Shown here in pieces: positions 1-9,559 of a stretch of 64,000 bases of DNA. The stretch lies in NCBI GenBank assembly GCA_963769975.1, contig CAVYNS010000002.1, forward strand, positions 280,769-344,768, read 5' to 3'. Source of the DNA: an uncultured Chloroflexia bacterium. GTDB taxonomy: Bacteria > Chloroflexota > Dehalococcoidia > GIF9 > AB-539-J10. The translations under genes were made by a program, and so were the position numbers. The notes beneath the pieces were generated by a model. The model was not told where the DNA came from. It was given only the letters and a program-made list of their open reading frames with translations, and searched no databases. Every line of letters starts with the position of its first letter. Within the stretch, counting starts at the first letter, position 1.

Positions 1-194
1 CTTTGCAGCCGGGGACCTACTACTGGCGGGTTAAGATAGTAGATAACTTTGGCAACGAAGGCGCCTGGTCGGATTCTATCAAGTTCACGGTGTCTCCGAT
101 TCCGACCTGGGTATGGGTAGTAGTGGGCCTGGTAGTGCTGATCGTTCTCATGGTCGTGGCCTATCGAGAAACAAAATTCAAGGTAACAGAATAA
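1..194 (+). CDS. 3' end of an ORF that starts upstream of the window. The encoded C-terminus is a globular segment followed by a hydrophobic TM anchor (VWVVVGLVVLIVLMVVAY).
   Basis: The frame is open from position 1. The track ORF 3..194 begins with TTG, so it is most likely a continuation. A C-terminal hydrophobic helix is present. Confidence 0.4.
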   Translation, partial: LQPGTYYWRVKIVDNFGNEGAWSDSIKFTVSPIPTWVWVVVGLVVLIVLMVVAYRETKFKVTE

Positions 195-318
195 CCAACT
201 CGTTGGAATTTTCTCTCGGTTCTGCAATAAGACTTGCAGCCGGGAAGGTTATTATGATGGGGGGGGGAAAATTAGGCAAGATTAGTTGTACCTGCCCGCA
301 TAATCCCCTATGAAATTC

Positions 319-373
319 TTAAAGAAGAGCAAGGCGAGTTTTCCCCGGTGCACTAAGGAGAGGAGGGCGATAT
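319..373 (+). promoter_or_regulatory. Conserved ~50-nt leader/RBS element, copy A. It reads gaagagcaaggcga.ttttccccggtgcactaaggag and ends at the ATG of the small membrane protein gene.
   Basis: A near-identical copy lies at 588-644 in front of the next gene. Both carry an AAGGAG Shine-Dalgarno motif followed by ATG. Confidence 0.5.
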
Positions 374-560
374 GATAGGCTGTTTAATGCTCTTACCGCT
401 CGCAGGGCTTTTACTGGCCGGGACTGTAGTTACGAGTACTTTGACCATAGCCATGGGTGCAGTTACGAGTATGCTTACCATAGCCATGGGTATGTTTATT
501 GGTACTTTGATGGCTTGTGCTACAGCTTTCCTGGCTTTCGTGATGTTCATATTGTCATGA
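372..560 (+). CDS. Small hydrophobic membrane protein (62 aa)
   Basis: ORF with an AAGGAG RBS. Almost entirely hydrophobic with two predicted TM helices. No family recognised. Confidence 0.4.
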   Translation: MIGCLMLLPLAGLLLAGTVVTSTLTIAMGAVTSMLTIAMGMFIGTLMACATAFLAFVMFILS

Positions 561-587
561 GTCCATGGTAAAGTGTATATGGGGCAC

Positions 588-644
588 AATGAAGAAGAGC
601 AAGGCGAACTTTTCCCGGTGCACTAAGGAGATTAGGACGATATG
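588..644 (+). promoter_or_regulatory. Conserved leader/RBS element, copy B, upstream of the 283-aa membrane protein gene
   Basis: Direct repeat of 319-373 (about 85% identical). Confidence 0.5.
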
Positions 645-1493
645 AGTTGTTTAGCGCTCCTCTTGCTAACCGCGGTTATCGTTTACTTCGGTGCATTAAT
701 ATCCTTTTTCCTAGCTGTCGGGGCAGTCCCTCTAGCCATATTGTGTTTGATCCTAATACCGTTAGCTATTCTTTTTACATGGCGCATTCTCTATCCCTGG
801 CTGGTACGGATGGGCAGATGGTCAGCTCAACTCAGAAACCTCATCTTTCTGGCCTTTGTGCTGACAGCCGCAGGTGTTGGCCTGGGCTATGTCATTAAGA
901 GTGTTCCAACTGTCACACTACCACTAGTAGGAATAACAGTACCCGTCACAGTCCTGATCCTTGTACCGCTCTTCCTCTTCTTGCTCTTACTGGCCATAGC
1001 GGTATGGCTGGTGAGGCTGTGGCGCCGTGGCTGGCCTCTGGCGAGAAATTTCTTCTGGGACATTTCGTTTCGTATTGTTGCCCTGTTCGGGAAAATACTA
1101 CTGGGTATTCCTCTAGGTGTAACCTGGTTTCTCTATCACCCTCCTCTACGCTGGCTAATAGCAGCCCTCCTGTTCTACCTCAGGGGGCTCGCAGCCGCAG
1201 CAGCGTGGCTTGTGTATAACCTACCATTGCGGAGCATACTGAAGGCTGTCGCTTTCATTACCCGGTTAATCGGTCGAGTTGTAGCTGCGATTCTCTATAA
1301 CCCGCCGATACTCTGGCTTGTACAGGCAATGCTCTTCGCCCTCAGGCTGATAGCTCGCCCCATCAGCACGGTAATTTACGGCATTGTGTCGTGGTGGCCT
1401 GTCACAGGCGTCAAAGGGACACTAGGGAAAGGGCTAACCACTGAGAGCAAGTCGTATCAGGACTACAAATATGCGGGTAGTGGGCCACTTTGA
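642..1493 (+). CDS. Polytopic membrane protein with internal sequence repeats, YHPPLRWL..LFYLRGL and YNPPILWL..LFALRLI
   Basis: 283-aa ORF, very hydrophobic, with a tandem internal repeat. No family recognised. Confidence 0.45.
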   Translation: MSCLALLLLTAVIVYFGALISFFLAVGAVPLAILCLILIPLAILFTWRILYPWLVRMGRWSAQLRNLIFLAFVLTAAGVGLGYVIKSVPTVTLPLVGITVPVTVLILVPLFLFLLLLAIAVWLVRLWRRGWPLARNFFWDISFRIVALFGKILLGIPLGVTWFLYHPPLRWLIAALLFYLRGLAAAAAWLVYNLPLRSILKAVAFITRLIGRVVAAILYNPPILWLVQAMLFALRLIARPISTVIYGIVSWWPVTGVKGTLGKGLTTESKSYQDYKYAGSGPL

Positions 1494-1712
1494 AAGCCAG
1501 CGATGTCCATATGGGCAAAGACTCGGCTAAATATCTCCTTGCCATAGGCCGCTATTCGTGGCGTTAACTAACTTCCGAGACTAGACCCTATCAGGACTAC
1601 AAGTATGCCTAGAATGACGATAGCGGCGCCGCCTAGCAAGCCAGCGACGTCCATATGACTAAAGACCCGGCCAAATATCTCCTTGCCAAAGGCCGCCATT
1701 CGGGGCGTTAAG
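1441..1712. repeat. Partial tandem duplication (~125 bp unit: 1449-1570 and 1586-1712). It overlaps the 3' end of the 642-1493 ORF and the 3' region of the minus-strand ORF 1568-1921.
   Basis: Two copies of tatcaggactacaa.tatgc ... agccagcga.gtccatatg..caaagac.cggc.aaatatctccttgcca.aggccgc.attcg.ggcgttaa. The minus frame of both copies encodes the peptide PR(M/I)AA(F/Y)GKEIF(G/S)RVF(S/A)HMD(V/I)AG. Confidence 0.6.
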
Positions 1713-1921
1713 CTGCCTGATTCATTAGAGGATTCCGATGCCGTCTCCGATGAGCTTCTATCAAACATGGGCAATACCAATTTTTTCCACTCACGCGACT
1801 CCCGATAGACTACACCGGCTATTATTATGCCCACAATGATGATGAAAATCCCTAAGATTAACACCAATGAAGCTAGGTTGACATCAACTATCGTAGCTGG
1901 TAAGGGGTTAGCTGTACCCAT
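1568..1921 (-). CDS. Small membrane protein (117 aa) with N- and C-terminal TM helices
   Basis: ORF with hydrophobic termini and a Ser/Glu-rich linker. Its 3' third lies inside the tandem duplication. Confidence 0.4.
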   Translation of the reverse strand: MGTANPLPATIVDVNLASLVLILGIFIIIVGIIIAGVVYRESREWKKLVLPMFDRSSSETASESSNESGSLTPRMAAFGKEIFGRVFSHMDVAGLLGGAAIVILGILVVLIGSSLGS

Positions 1922-2091
1922 TTTAACCTCCTTTTCCCATCAAGTTCGTTCAATAATCCTCTCTCCTAATAACAATTGAACAGCCTCTCATCACGCGAGT
2001 CTCAATTTATTTTAGCGTAGCATAGCTATTGTATGGTGTCAATAGTTCTCCTTTATCGGGAGAGTTATGCTAGAATCCAGTAAGGATTCAT

Positions 2092-3189
2092 ATGGTAAGT
2101 GCTGACGAACTGAAATATTGGGTAGCTTTTTCCGGGATACCCGGGATCGGTCGAGTCCGGATTTCCCAGCTAAAAGAATATTTCGGCAGTTTACAGGATG
2201 CCTGGAAGGCTCCCCAAGGCAAACTAAAGCAAGCAGGACTGGATTCCCGAAGTATAGATGCCCTGGTGACCATACGCCCGAGAATCTCCCTGGACACTGA
2301 GATGGAAAAACTGGAACGCTACAGGGTAAAGGTGTTTGTCTATGAGGACCCTCTGTATCCTTCGAGATTAAAAGAAATTTATGATTATCCGCCGGTTCTT
2401 TATGTCCGGGGTAGTCTCCCAGCCCAAGATGAGCCTTGTTTGGCCATAGTCGGTACTCGTCGTCCCACCATCTACGGGAGGCAGGTAACTGAGGAGATTG
2501 TGGCCGATTTAGCACGAAGTAAAATCACTATTGTCAGTGGATTAGCCCGAGGAATTGACTCTGTGGCTCATCGGGCTGCTCTGGATGCCGAGGGCAAAAC
2601 CGTAGCTGTGTTCGGCTCCGGTCTGGATATCGTCTATCCCGGAGAAAATGCCAAGCTGGCTCAAGCCATTATGGAGCACGGTGCTCTGGTCAGTGAATAC
2701 CCTTTAGGCGTCAAGCCTAAGGCTGAGAACTTCCCACTCCGCAATCGCATTATGAGTGGCTTGAGCCTGGGGGTGTTAGTGGTGGAAGCTGGAGAAAGGA
2801 GTGGGGCTTTGATTACGGCCCATCAGGCAGTGGAACAGAATCGAGAGGTTTTCGCTATCCCGGGCAGTATCCTCTCCCCGGCCAGCCAAGGAACTAACCG
2901 CCTCATTCAAGAAGGAGCTAAGTTGGTTTGCAATTACACTGATATTCTCCAGGAGCTAAACCTGACCATCGTAGTACAGCAGACAGAAATTAAGGAATTT
3001 TCCCCGGCTGACAAATTTGAATCTGCTATACTAAAACAATTGAGCTCCGAGCCCAATCATATAGATGAAATTTGCCGCCGTAGCGGCCTGACTATGCCTG
3101 AGGTAAGCAGCACCTTGGCGATGCTGGAGTTAAAGGGGATAGCCAGGCAAGCGGGAAACATGAACTATGTGCTGGCTCGAAGGAGTTAG
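2092..3189 (+). CDS. dprA: DNA processing protein DprA (SMF family)
   Basis: Rossmann-like DprA core (GIDSVAHRAAL..VAVFGSGLDIVYP..FPLRNRIMSGLS..VVVEAGERSGALITA) and a C-terminal winged-helix extension. Confidence 0.9.
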   Translation: MVSADELKYWVAFSGIPGIGRVRISQLKEYFGSLQDAWKAPQGKLKQAGLDSRSIDALVTIRPRISLDTEMEKLERYRVKVFVYEDPLYPSRLKEIYDYPPVLYVRGSLPAQDEPCLAIVGTRRPTIYGRQVTEEIVADLARSKITIVSGLARGIDSVAHRAALDAEGKTVAVFGSGLDIVYPGENAKLAQAIMEHGALVSEYPLGVKPKAENFPLRNRIMSGLSLGVLVVEAGERSGALITAHQAVEQNREVFAIPGSILSPASQGTNRLIQEGAKLVCNYTDILQELNLTIVVQQTEIKEFSPADKFESAILKQLSSEPNHIDEICRRSGLTMPEVSSTLAMLELKGIARQAGNMNYVLARRS

Positions 3190-3202
3190 GGCAGGATAAA
3201 TT

Positions 3203-5350
3203 ATGGCAAGTAAACTAGTTATCGTCGAATCTCCCGCCAAAGCCAGGACGCTAAACAAAATTCTCGGGCGCGGCTATAGTGTCAAGGCCTCTCTGGGACA
3301 TGTGCGCGATTTGCCCAGGGCAAGCCTCGGAGTAGATGTAGATAAGGAGTTTACTCCAAAGTATGTCATTCCCGCAGAGAAGAAAAAGATAGTTGGCGAA
3401 ATCCAAAAGGCGGCTAGTAAGGCTAGCTATATTTACTTGGCTACTGACCCTGACCGCGAGGGAGAGGCAATTTCCTGGCATCTGGTACAAGCTACCAAGC
3501 TGGACAAGGATGCTAGACCCGTTCAGCGCGTTGCTTTTCATGAAATAACCAAGGATGCGGTCCAAGAGGCCTTCCAAAATCCCCGCTCTATCGATATGAA
3601 CCTGGTGAATGCCCAACAAGCCCGGCGTATCTTGGATAGACTTGTGGGCTATAAGCTGAGCCCGCTCCTATGGCAAAAGGTGCAGAGAGGACTTTCCGCA
3701 GGCCGGGTTCAATCGGTGGCTGTGAGGATGATTGTTGACCGTGAGCAGGAGATTCAAAACTTCGTTTCCCAAGAGTACTGGATTATGGAAATTGAGCTGG
3801 CTCCGCTTAAAGAAAAGGAAATGAGTTTTAAAGCTAGGCTGTTTGCTCTCGCTGATGGCACCAAACTGGATATTGGCAGTAAAGATGAAGCAGATATGGT
3901 TATTGCTGACTTAGAAAAGGCTAAATATGCAGTTAAGTCGGTGGTAACTAAGCAGGTAGCTCGTCAGCCGGCCCCGCCTTTTATCACCAGTACCCTGCAG
4001 CAAGAGGCCTGGCAGAAGCTGCACTTCACCGCCGGGCGAACTATGGCTATCGCTCAGCAACTTTACGAAGGCTTGCCCCTGGGCAAGGAAGGGTCGGTGG
4101 GACTTATCACTTATATGCGCACCGATTCTACCCATGTGGCGGCCTCCGCCATAAGCGAAGCGAGGGAGTTCATCGGCGAGAAATATGGAGCCAAATTTCT
4201 CCCACCAAAGCCACGTAGCTTTGCCCGGAAAGCCAAGTGGGCTCAGGAAGCTCATGAGGCAATTCGTCCCACCAAGATTTACCGCCAACCAGAGCAACTC
4301 AAGCCATTTCTCGATTCATCTCAGCTAAAACTCTATGAACTTATCTGGAAGCGCATGGCCGCCAGCCAAATGGCAGCAGCTTTATACGACACAACCAACG
4401 TAGAGATAAAGGTAAGCAATACTGAAAAACAAACTCAAGGATACTTACTCAAAGCAAGTAGCTCTGTGACTAAATTTCCTGGTTTTATGGTTGTTTACAG
4501 CGAAAGCAGGGATGAAGATGAACGAGGGGACAACTCCGATTTCATCGGTGTTTCGTTGCCCAAGCTGAGGATGGGAGATAAATTGATTTACCTGGGAATC
4601 TCTCCCGAACAATGTTTTACTCAGCCACCACCTCGCTACACCGAGGCTACATTGATAAAAGCACTGGAACAGAAAGGAATCGGACGCCCCAGTACCTATG
4701 CCCCTATCCTGTTCACTATTCAGGAGAGAGATTACGTTAACAAAGCCGATGGCAAATTCCACCCCACAGAACTAGGGATAACCGTCAACAACATTTTGAC
4801 TGCGCATTTCCCTAAAATCGTTGACCCGGGGTTCACAGCTCAGATGGAAGAACAACTAGACGAAATAGCTCAGGGTAAGCATGCCTGGATCGCTGCTTTG
4901 CAGGAATTTTATCCCCCCTTCCAAGATATGCTGGATAAAGCTTGGATAAACTTAGAAAAGGTCAGCATGGCTCAAGTGAGCGAGGAGACATGTCCCAATT
5001 GCGGTCGCCCCATGGTCATAAAGGTCGGGCGTTTCGGTAAATTTCTCGCCTGTAGCGGCTATCCTGATTGTAAGACAACCAGGCCCTACACAGTTAAAAC
5101 AGGCGTTTCTTGCCCTCGGTGTGGCGGCGAGCTCGTGAAAAGAATCAGCAAGAAAAAGAAGGTATTTTATGGGTGTAGCAAGTACCCTAAATGTCAATTC
5201 ACCGTAAATCGCAAGCCAATAGCACAGCCCTGTCCTAGTTGTGGCAATCTTCTAGTACAATATAGAGGGGACTGGGCTAAATGCGTGGCTTGCCAACGCA
5301 AAGTAAAACCATCCGAGCCGGAGAAACAAAAAGAGGAGGTAGCCTTATGA
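3203..5350 (+). CDS. topA: DNA topoisomerase I with C-terminal zinc-ribbon repeats
   Basis: TOPRIM N-terminus (LVIVESPAKA), the active-site region and three C4 zinc ribbons (CPNCG, CPRCG, CPSCG) at the C-terminus. Confidence 0.95.
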   Translation: MASKLVIVESPAKARTLNKILGRGYSVKASLGHVRDLPRASLGVDVDKEFTPKYVIPAEKKKIVGEIQKAASKASYIYLATDPDREGEAISWHLVQATKLDKDARPVQRVAFHEITKDAVQEAFQNPRSIDMNLVNAQQARRILDRLVGYKLSPLLWQKVQRGLSAGRVQSVAVRMIVDREQEIQNFVSQEYWIMEIELAPLKEKEMSFKARLFALADGTKLDIGSKDEADMVIADLEKAKYAVKSVVTKQVARQPAPPFITSTLQQEAWQKLHFTAGRTMAIAQQLYEGLPLGKEGSVGLITYMRTDSTHVAASAISEAREFIGEKYGAKFLPPKPRSFARKAKWAQEAHEAIRPTKIYRQPEQLKPFLDSSQLKLYELIWKRMAASQMAAALYDTTNVEIKVSNTEKQTQGYLLKASSSVTKFPGFMVVYSESRDEDERGDNSDFIGVSLPKLRMGDKLIYLGISPEQCFTQPPPRYTEATLIKALEQKGIGRPSTYAPILFTIQERDYVNKADGKFHPTELGITVNNILTAHFPKIVDPGFTAQMEEQLDEIAQGKHAWIAALQEFYPPFQDMLDKAWINLEKVSMAQVSEETCPNCGRPMVIKVGRFGKFLACSGYPDCKTTRPYTVKTGVSCPRCGGELVKRISKKKKVFYGCSKYPKCQFTVNRKPIAQPCPSCGNLLVQYRGDWAKCVACQRKVKPSEPEKQKEEVAL

Positions 5351-5793
5351 AAATCCTAGTTATCCATGGACCGAATTTGAATATGCTGGGCAAAAGAGAA
5401 AAGTCAATTTACGGGGAAAAGACCCTGGGCCAAATTGATGCTCTATTGAAGAAAGAGGCTCGTGCCTTAAATGTCGAAGTAGTGGCATTTCAGTCTAACC
5501 ATGAAGGAGCGCTCATAGATTTTATTCAAGAGCAAGCAAATTCTGCGCAGGGCATAATCATTAACCCCGGTGCCCTCACCCACTACGGATTTTCTCTGCT
5601 TGATGCCCTGGTTGACAGCAAATTACCGGTAATTGAAGTCCACTTGTCCAATATCTACCGCCGTGAGGAATGGCGAGTCAGGTCCGTAATTGCTCCTATA
5701 GCTGAAGGGCAGATAAGTGGCTTGGGCTGGAGAGGATATATTATTGCCCTGCAAGTCCTAGTTGGCGAGCTGAAAGCAAAACCTCCACGTTAG
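5347..5793 (+). CDS. aroQ: 3-dehydroquinate dehydratase, type II
   Basis: MKILVIHGPNLNMLGKRE..HLSNIYRRE is the type II DHQase signature. The ATG overlaps the topA stop (ATGA). Confidence 0.9.
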   Translation: MKILVIHGPNLNMLGKREKSIYGEKTLGQIDALLKKEARALNVEVVAFQSNHEGALIDFIQEQANSAQGIIINPGALTHYGFSLLDALVDSKLPVIEVHLSNIYRREEWRVRSVIAPIAEGQISGLGWRGYIIALQVLVGELKAKPPR

Positions 5794-5852
5794 GATTTTA
5801 AGCTTGGGACTTTATCTAGAAGTAGCAACAAGAGCCACTTTTGTTTACATTC

Positions 5853-6374
5853 TCAGGATTGGCGTTTCTTAAAATCTTCCAAGTCAAGCGTATTTATAAA
5901 ATCCTTATACGCTGAGAGCCCTTTCATCTCCTGCTCATCAACTTTACTTTCAGAAACAGATTTGCCTGTTTCCTCTTCAAGTATAATGCCCGCTTTTTCT
6001 AACACCACTTCTTCAACATATATCGGAGCCCCCACCCTTACAGCCAAGGCCAATGCATCGCTAGGTCGAGAATCGATATCCAGCTGTACACCATCAATGG
6101 TGAGCGCAAGTCTGGCATAAAAAGTATCTTCCTTAAGTCCATTTACCACAATATAGTTAACTGAAGCCCCCAAGGTAGAAATTACAGATTGCAACAAATC
6201 ATGCGTCAAAGGGCGAGATAATTCGACATTTTGTAACTTTACGGCAATAGCATCTGCTTCAGCAGGACCGATCCAGATGGGTAGATAACGATTAGTTCCC
6301 TTCTCTTTTAAAATCACTACCCTTTGGTAATTCATCAAGCTAACGCGGATGCTGTCAATCGTCATCTCTACCAT
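5853..6374 (-). CDS. Bifunctional nuclease family protein (DUF151/BFN domain)
   Basis: The N-terminal domain matches the BFN fold signature (LPIWIG..EA.AI...L........RPLTHDL). Confidence 0.7.
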   Translation of the reverse strand: MVEMTIDSIRVSLMNYQRVVILKEKGTNRYLPIWIGPAEADAIAVKLQNVELSRPLTHDLLQSVISTLGASVNYIVVNGLKEDTFYARLALTIDGVQLDIDSRPSDALALAVRVGAPIYVEEVVLEKAGIILEEETGKSVSESKVDEQEMKGLSAYKDFINTLDLEDFKKRQS

Positions 6375-6517
6375 GGTATGCCTCCTTTGTGGTGTTTATT
6401 TTACACCCACAACCCTAATTAATCAATGCGTACAAGTCAACCATCCAAGCTCAAGAAATTAAGTTTTCCCATATTGCCATAATTTCTCAGCCGTTAGATA
6501 ATTCTTGTGGGGGAGCC

Positions 6518-7150
6518 ATGACAAAACTTATCCTGACCAGACACGGAGAAACCGTATGGAATGTGGAGAAGATATATCGTGGTAGAACGGATGTGAATCT
6601 GGACGAAGTGGGCATTAAACAGGCCGGGCTATTGGGCAAGTATTTAAGCAATTGGGAATTAGAGGCTATTTATTCCAGTCCCTTAAAAAGGGCGCTAGAC
6701 ACAGCCAATACCATTGCTCGTTATCAGAAAGTTAGCGTACAGATTGCCGAGGGCCTTATAGATTTCGATTATGGGAAATGGCAATCTCTGCCAGAGCAAG
6801 AAGTGAAGAGGCTATATCCAGCCCTCCACAATGAGTGGCACAACAATCCACACAAGGTAAGAATGCCCGGCGGAGAGAGCCTGGAAAACGTAAGAGAAAG
6901 AGCTATCGGGGTGGTTAACGAGGTTCTCTCCAGATATCAGGGCAACATAGTATTGGTATCGCATAGGGTTGTGAACAAAGTCTTGATATGCTCCTTACTG
7001 GGACTGGACAACTCCCACTTCTGGAATATCAAGCAGGATGTATGCGGAATCACGATTTTTAACTATGCAGATGGTCGTTTTGTCTTGACCAGGCATAACG
7101 ATACCTCACATCTAAAAGAGTTACAAGAATCCGTACTCGATGATTTCTAA
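6518..7150 (+). CDS. Histidine phosphatase family protein (phosphoglycerate mutase-like, GpmB/CobC-like)
   Basis: The N-terminal LTRHGETVWN catalytic RHG motif and overall length fit the histidine phosphatase superfamily. Confidence 0.8.
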   Translation: MTKLILTRHGETVWNVEKIYRGRTDVNLDEVGIKQAGLLGKYLSNWELEAIYSSPLKRALDTANTIARYQKVSVQIAEGLIDFDYGKWQSLPEQEVKRLYPALHNEWHNNPHKVRMPGGESLENVRERAIGVVNEVLSRYQGNIVLVSHRVVNKVLICSLLGLDNSHFWNIKQDVCGITIFNYADGRFVLTRHNDTSHLKELQESVLDDF

Positions 7151-7309
7151 GCGCGCATGGAGAGATGTGAGCCACACTCCCCATTCTTCCGACAGTCATG
7201 CGTATTCTCAGGCATGGCTCTCTTTAGCCACGATTCCTTGAACCGAGTGGAGTGGTGCCGAAGTGCTCGATGTGCTGCTGTCGTTACACTACAGGGGATG
7301 CCTGTTGAT

Positions 7310-7765
7310 TTAGGCCATTTTCAGTTCTGAAGTGCAGTTCGGGCAGCGACTGGCCTTAATGGGAATAGAGGTAAAACAGTAAGGGCACTCTTTCGTTTTC
7401 GGTGCTTCTACCTTTTTGGGAGCTTGCAGCTTGGCAACTGGACACACGATTAAAAAGAAGACGACTGCTGCTATTATCAGCAAGTTAACAACAGCATTTA
7501 TGCAGGTCCCGTAGTTGATTGTAACCGCCCCGGCTTGTTGGGCTGCAGCCAGAGAAGCATATGGCCCGGGAGTTATTAAACCATCTTTAAGGGTAACAAA
7601 TAGGTTGGTGAAATCAACATTGCCCAAGGCGAGACCTATGGGTGGCATAATAATGTCTTTAACAAGTGAGTTTACGACTAAACCGAAGGCAATGCCGACG
7701 ATGATGCCCACGGCCATGTCAATCACGTTGCCTCTCATTATGAATGCCTTAAAGTCTTTTAACAT
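7310..7765 (-). CDS. mscL: Large-conductance mechanosensitive channel MscL with a C-terminal CxxC...CxxC zinc-ribbon extension
   Basis: MLKDFKAFIMRGNVIDMAVGIIVG is the MscL N-terminus. A GGAGGG RBS sits before the ATG at 7765. The C-terminus reads CPYC...CPNC. The track ORF extends to 7801. Confidence 0.85.
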   Translation of the reverse strand: MLKDFKAFIMRGNVIDMAVGIIVGIAFGLVVNSLVKDIIMPPIGLALGNVDFTNLFVTLKDGLITPGPYASLAAAQQAGAVTINYGTCINAVVNLLIIAAVVFFLIVCPVAKLQAPKKVEAPKTKECPYCFTSIPIKASRCPNCTSELKMA

Positions 7766-7989
7766 TCTTGTTCCCTCCTCTCTGCTTTCTTTGTCATCCA
7801 TCTTATAACGTCCTTACTGCATTATCAACACCTTTCTCCTAGGTAGTTGGTTCAGGGACGCCATACGATTCCACCGGCATCTCTTTGTTTTCTTGAAATC
7901 TAATCCACACAAATCGAAAATTTTGTCAGGTATAAAAGAGCGAAGTGAATTTCCTGTGGGAGTACTGGATAGACTCTGCGCTATGATAG

Positions 7990-8063
7990 CGCGCCTAGAG
8001 GGATTCGAACCCACGACCCCCGGTTCCGAAGACCGGTGCTCTTGTCCGCTGAGCTATAGGCGC
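7990..8063 (-). tRNA. tRNA-Arg (anticodon TCG)
   Basis: Manual cloverleaf: acceptor GCGCCTA/TAGGCGC, anticodon stem ccggt/accgg with loop cTTCGga, T-arm GGTTCGAATCC and discriminator G. Confidence 0.8.
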
Positions 8064-8075
8064 AAAAATAAATTG

Positions 8076-8150
8076 GGGTGAACGGTGGGATTTGAACCCA
8101 CGATCTCCAGGGCCACAACCTGGCGCCTTAACCACTGGGCTACGCTCACC
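8076..8150 (-). tRNA. tRNA-His (anticodon GTG)
   Basis: Manual cloverleaf: acceptor GGTGAGC/GTTCACC, anticodon stem ccagg/cctgg with loop ttGTGgc, T-arm GGTTCAAATCC and discriminator C. Confidence 0.8.
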
Positions 8151-8302
8151 ACAATCACAAATATTATACTGTACAATGGCTGCCGCTTTCAATCTTGAAA
8201 ACGAGCCTTTTGGGCACTTCGTTGTTGGATGAAGTCAAGCCATGCCAACCCAGCAAACATGCTATAATTATCCCTTCCCAAATTGCTATCCGAGTAGAAG
8301 AT

Positions 8303-9559
8303 ATGAGAATTTGCCTGCTGACATATAGGGGGAATCCTTACAGCGGTGGGCAAGGTATTTATATTTACTATCTATCGCGTGAGTTCCAGCGGATGGGTCA
8401 TGAGGTGGAGGTTATCGCTGGTGCACCCCTCCCTCAAGTGAGCGAAGGCGTAATCCTACATCAACTCGGAAGCTCAAGCATATACCATCCGGGAAGCTCT
8501 CTCAAGAGAAACCTCCCCAAACTCAGGAACCTTGTTGACCTGTATGAACTTTGCGCCAGTCGCTTGGGAATCTTCGCCGAGCCTTGGGCATTTAGCTTCA
8601 GGGCTTATGCCAAGCTAAAAGAGCTTTGTAAACAGCGCCGCTTTGACATTATTCATGATAATCAAGGCCTTGGCTATGGGCTCCTCTTGATGAAAAGGCT
8701 GAACATACCAATAATAGCTACCATACACCACCCTCTCCCTATAGACAGGCAAGCTGACATGGAGCAAGCCAACGGGTTCAAGGATAGATGGAGGATCAGA
8801 AGGTTTTATTCCTTCATCCGCATGCAGGCTTTTGTCGCTCGGCGCTTGGACCGGATAATCACGGTGTCTCAAAGCTCTGCCAAAGACACAAGGCTTTTCT
8901 TTAAGGTGCCCGCTGCCAAACTAAGAGTGGTCTACAATGGCATAGACACCGAAATTTATAATAAGAATGAAGAGGCAAGCCAGAACCGAAATGGGTTAAT
9001 CATGGTCGGCAATACCGACGATAGGAAGAAGGGGGCACTTTATTTATTGCAAGCATTACAACTGCTAAGAGAGGATGGCATAAAGCTGACCATTGTAGAC
9101 GATGCTGAGCGGCATTCTTCCTACATAGAAGATGTGGGGCCACTACCTTCATATGGTTTTAAATTGGTAAGAAAGCTCAATTTAGACGGGCTGGTGCACT
9201 TCACCGGGAGGCTAACACAGGAGGAACTGGTAAAGCGTTATTCAGCGGCAAAAATAGCCGTGGTGCCTTCCCTTTACGAGGGTTTCGGGTTACCTGCCGC
9301 GGAGGCTATGGCCTGTGGTGTTCCCGTTATAGCCACCACTGGTGGGGCGCTGCCTGAGGTTGTAGGCAACGCCGGTATATTAGTACCTCCAGGAAAAGCC
9401 GATGCCTTGGCTGTTGCAATCAAACAATTGCTCAACGACGAAGAAATACAACGGCGGATGAGCGAGGTAGGAAGGAAGAGAGTGGAAGAGAAATTCAATT
9501 GGGAGCAAGCCGCCACAAGAACGCTCGATGTCTACCAAGAGGTACTGAAGACAAGATGA
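8303..9559 (+). CDS. Glycosyltransferase, GT4 family (GT-B fold)
   Basis: MRICLLTYRGNPYSGGQG N-terminus and the C-terminal E-x7-E region (VPSLYEGFGLPAAEAMACGVPVI). The track ORF starts at 8195, but an ATG at 8303 fits family N-termini. Confidence 0.8.
   Translation: MRICLLTYRGNPYSGGQGIYIYYLSREFQRMGHEVEVIAGAPLPQVSEGVILHQLGSSSIYHPGSSLKRNLPKLRNLVDLYELCASRLGIFAEPWAFSFRAYAKLKELCKQRRFDIIHDNQGLGYGLLLMKRLNIPIIATIHHPLPIDRQADMEQANGFKDRWRIRRFYSFIRMQAFVARRLDRIITVSQSSAKDTRLFFKVPAAKLRVVYNGIDTEIYNKNEEASQNRNGLIMVGNTDDRKKGALYLLQALQLLREDGIKLTIVDDAERHSSYIEDVGPLPSYGFKLVRKLNLDGLVHFTGRLTQEELVKRYSAAKIAVVPSLYEGFGLPAAEAMACGVPVIATTGGALPEVVGNAGILVPPGKADALAVAIKQLLNDEEIQRRMSEVGRKRVEEKFNWEQAATRTLDVYQEVLKTR

Noticed and set aside
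2039-2515. 158-aa minus-strand ORF, with other antisense or overlapping ORFs in the track such as 3251-3619, 3911-4297, 13390-13941, 28889-29431 and 30699-31379
   Set aside because: They lie wholly inside and antisense to, or out of frame with, strongly supported genes (dprA, topA, ftsK, the SIR2-NACHT gene and MFS). No RBS or family signal is present. They are shadow ORFs.
7860-7989. Possible third tRNA next to tRNA-Arg and tRNA-His
   Set aside because: No cloverleaf could be folded. The region has no GTTC-type T-arm motif.
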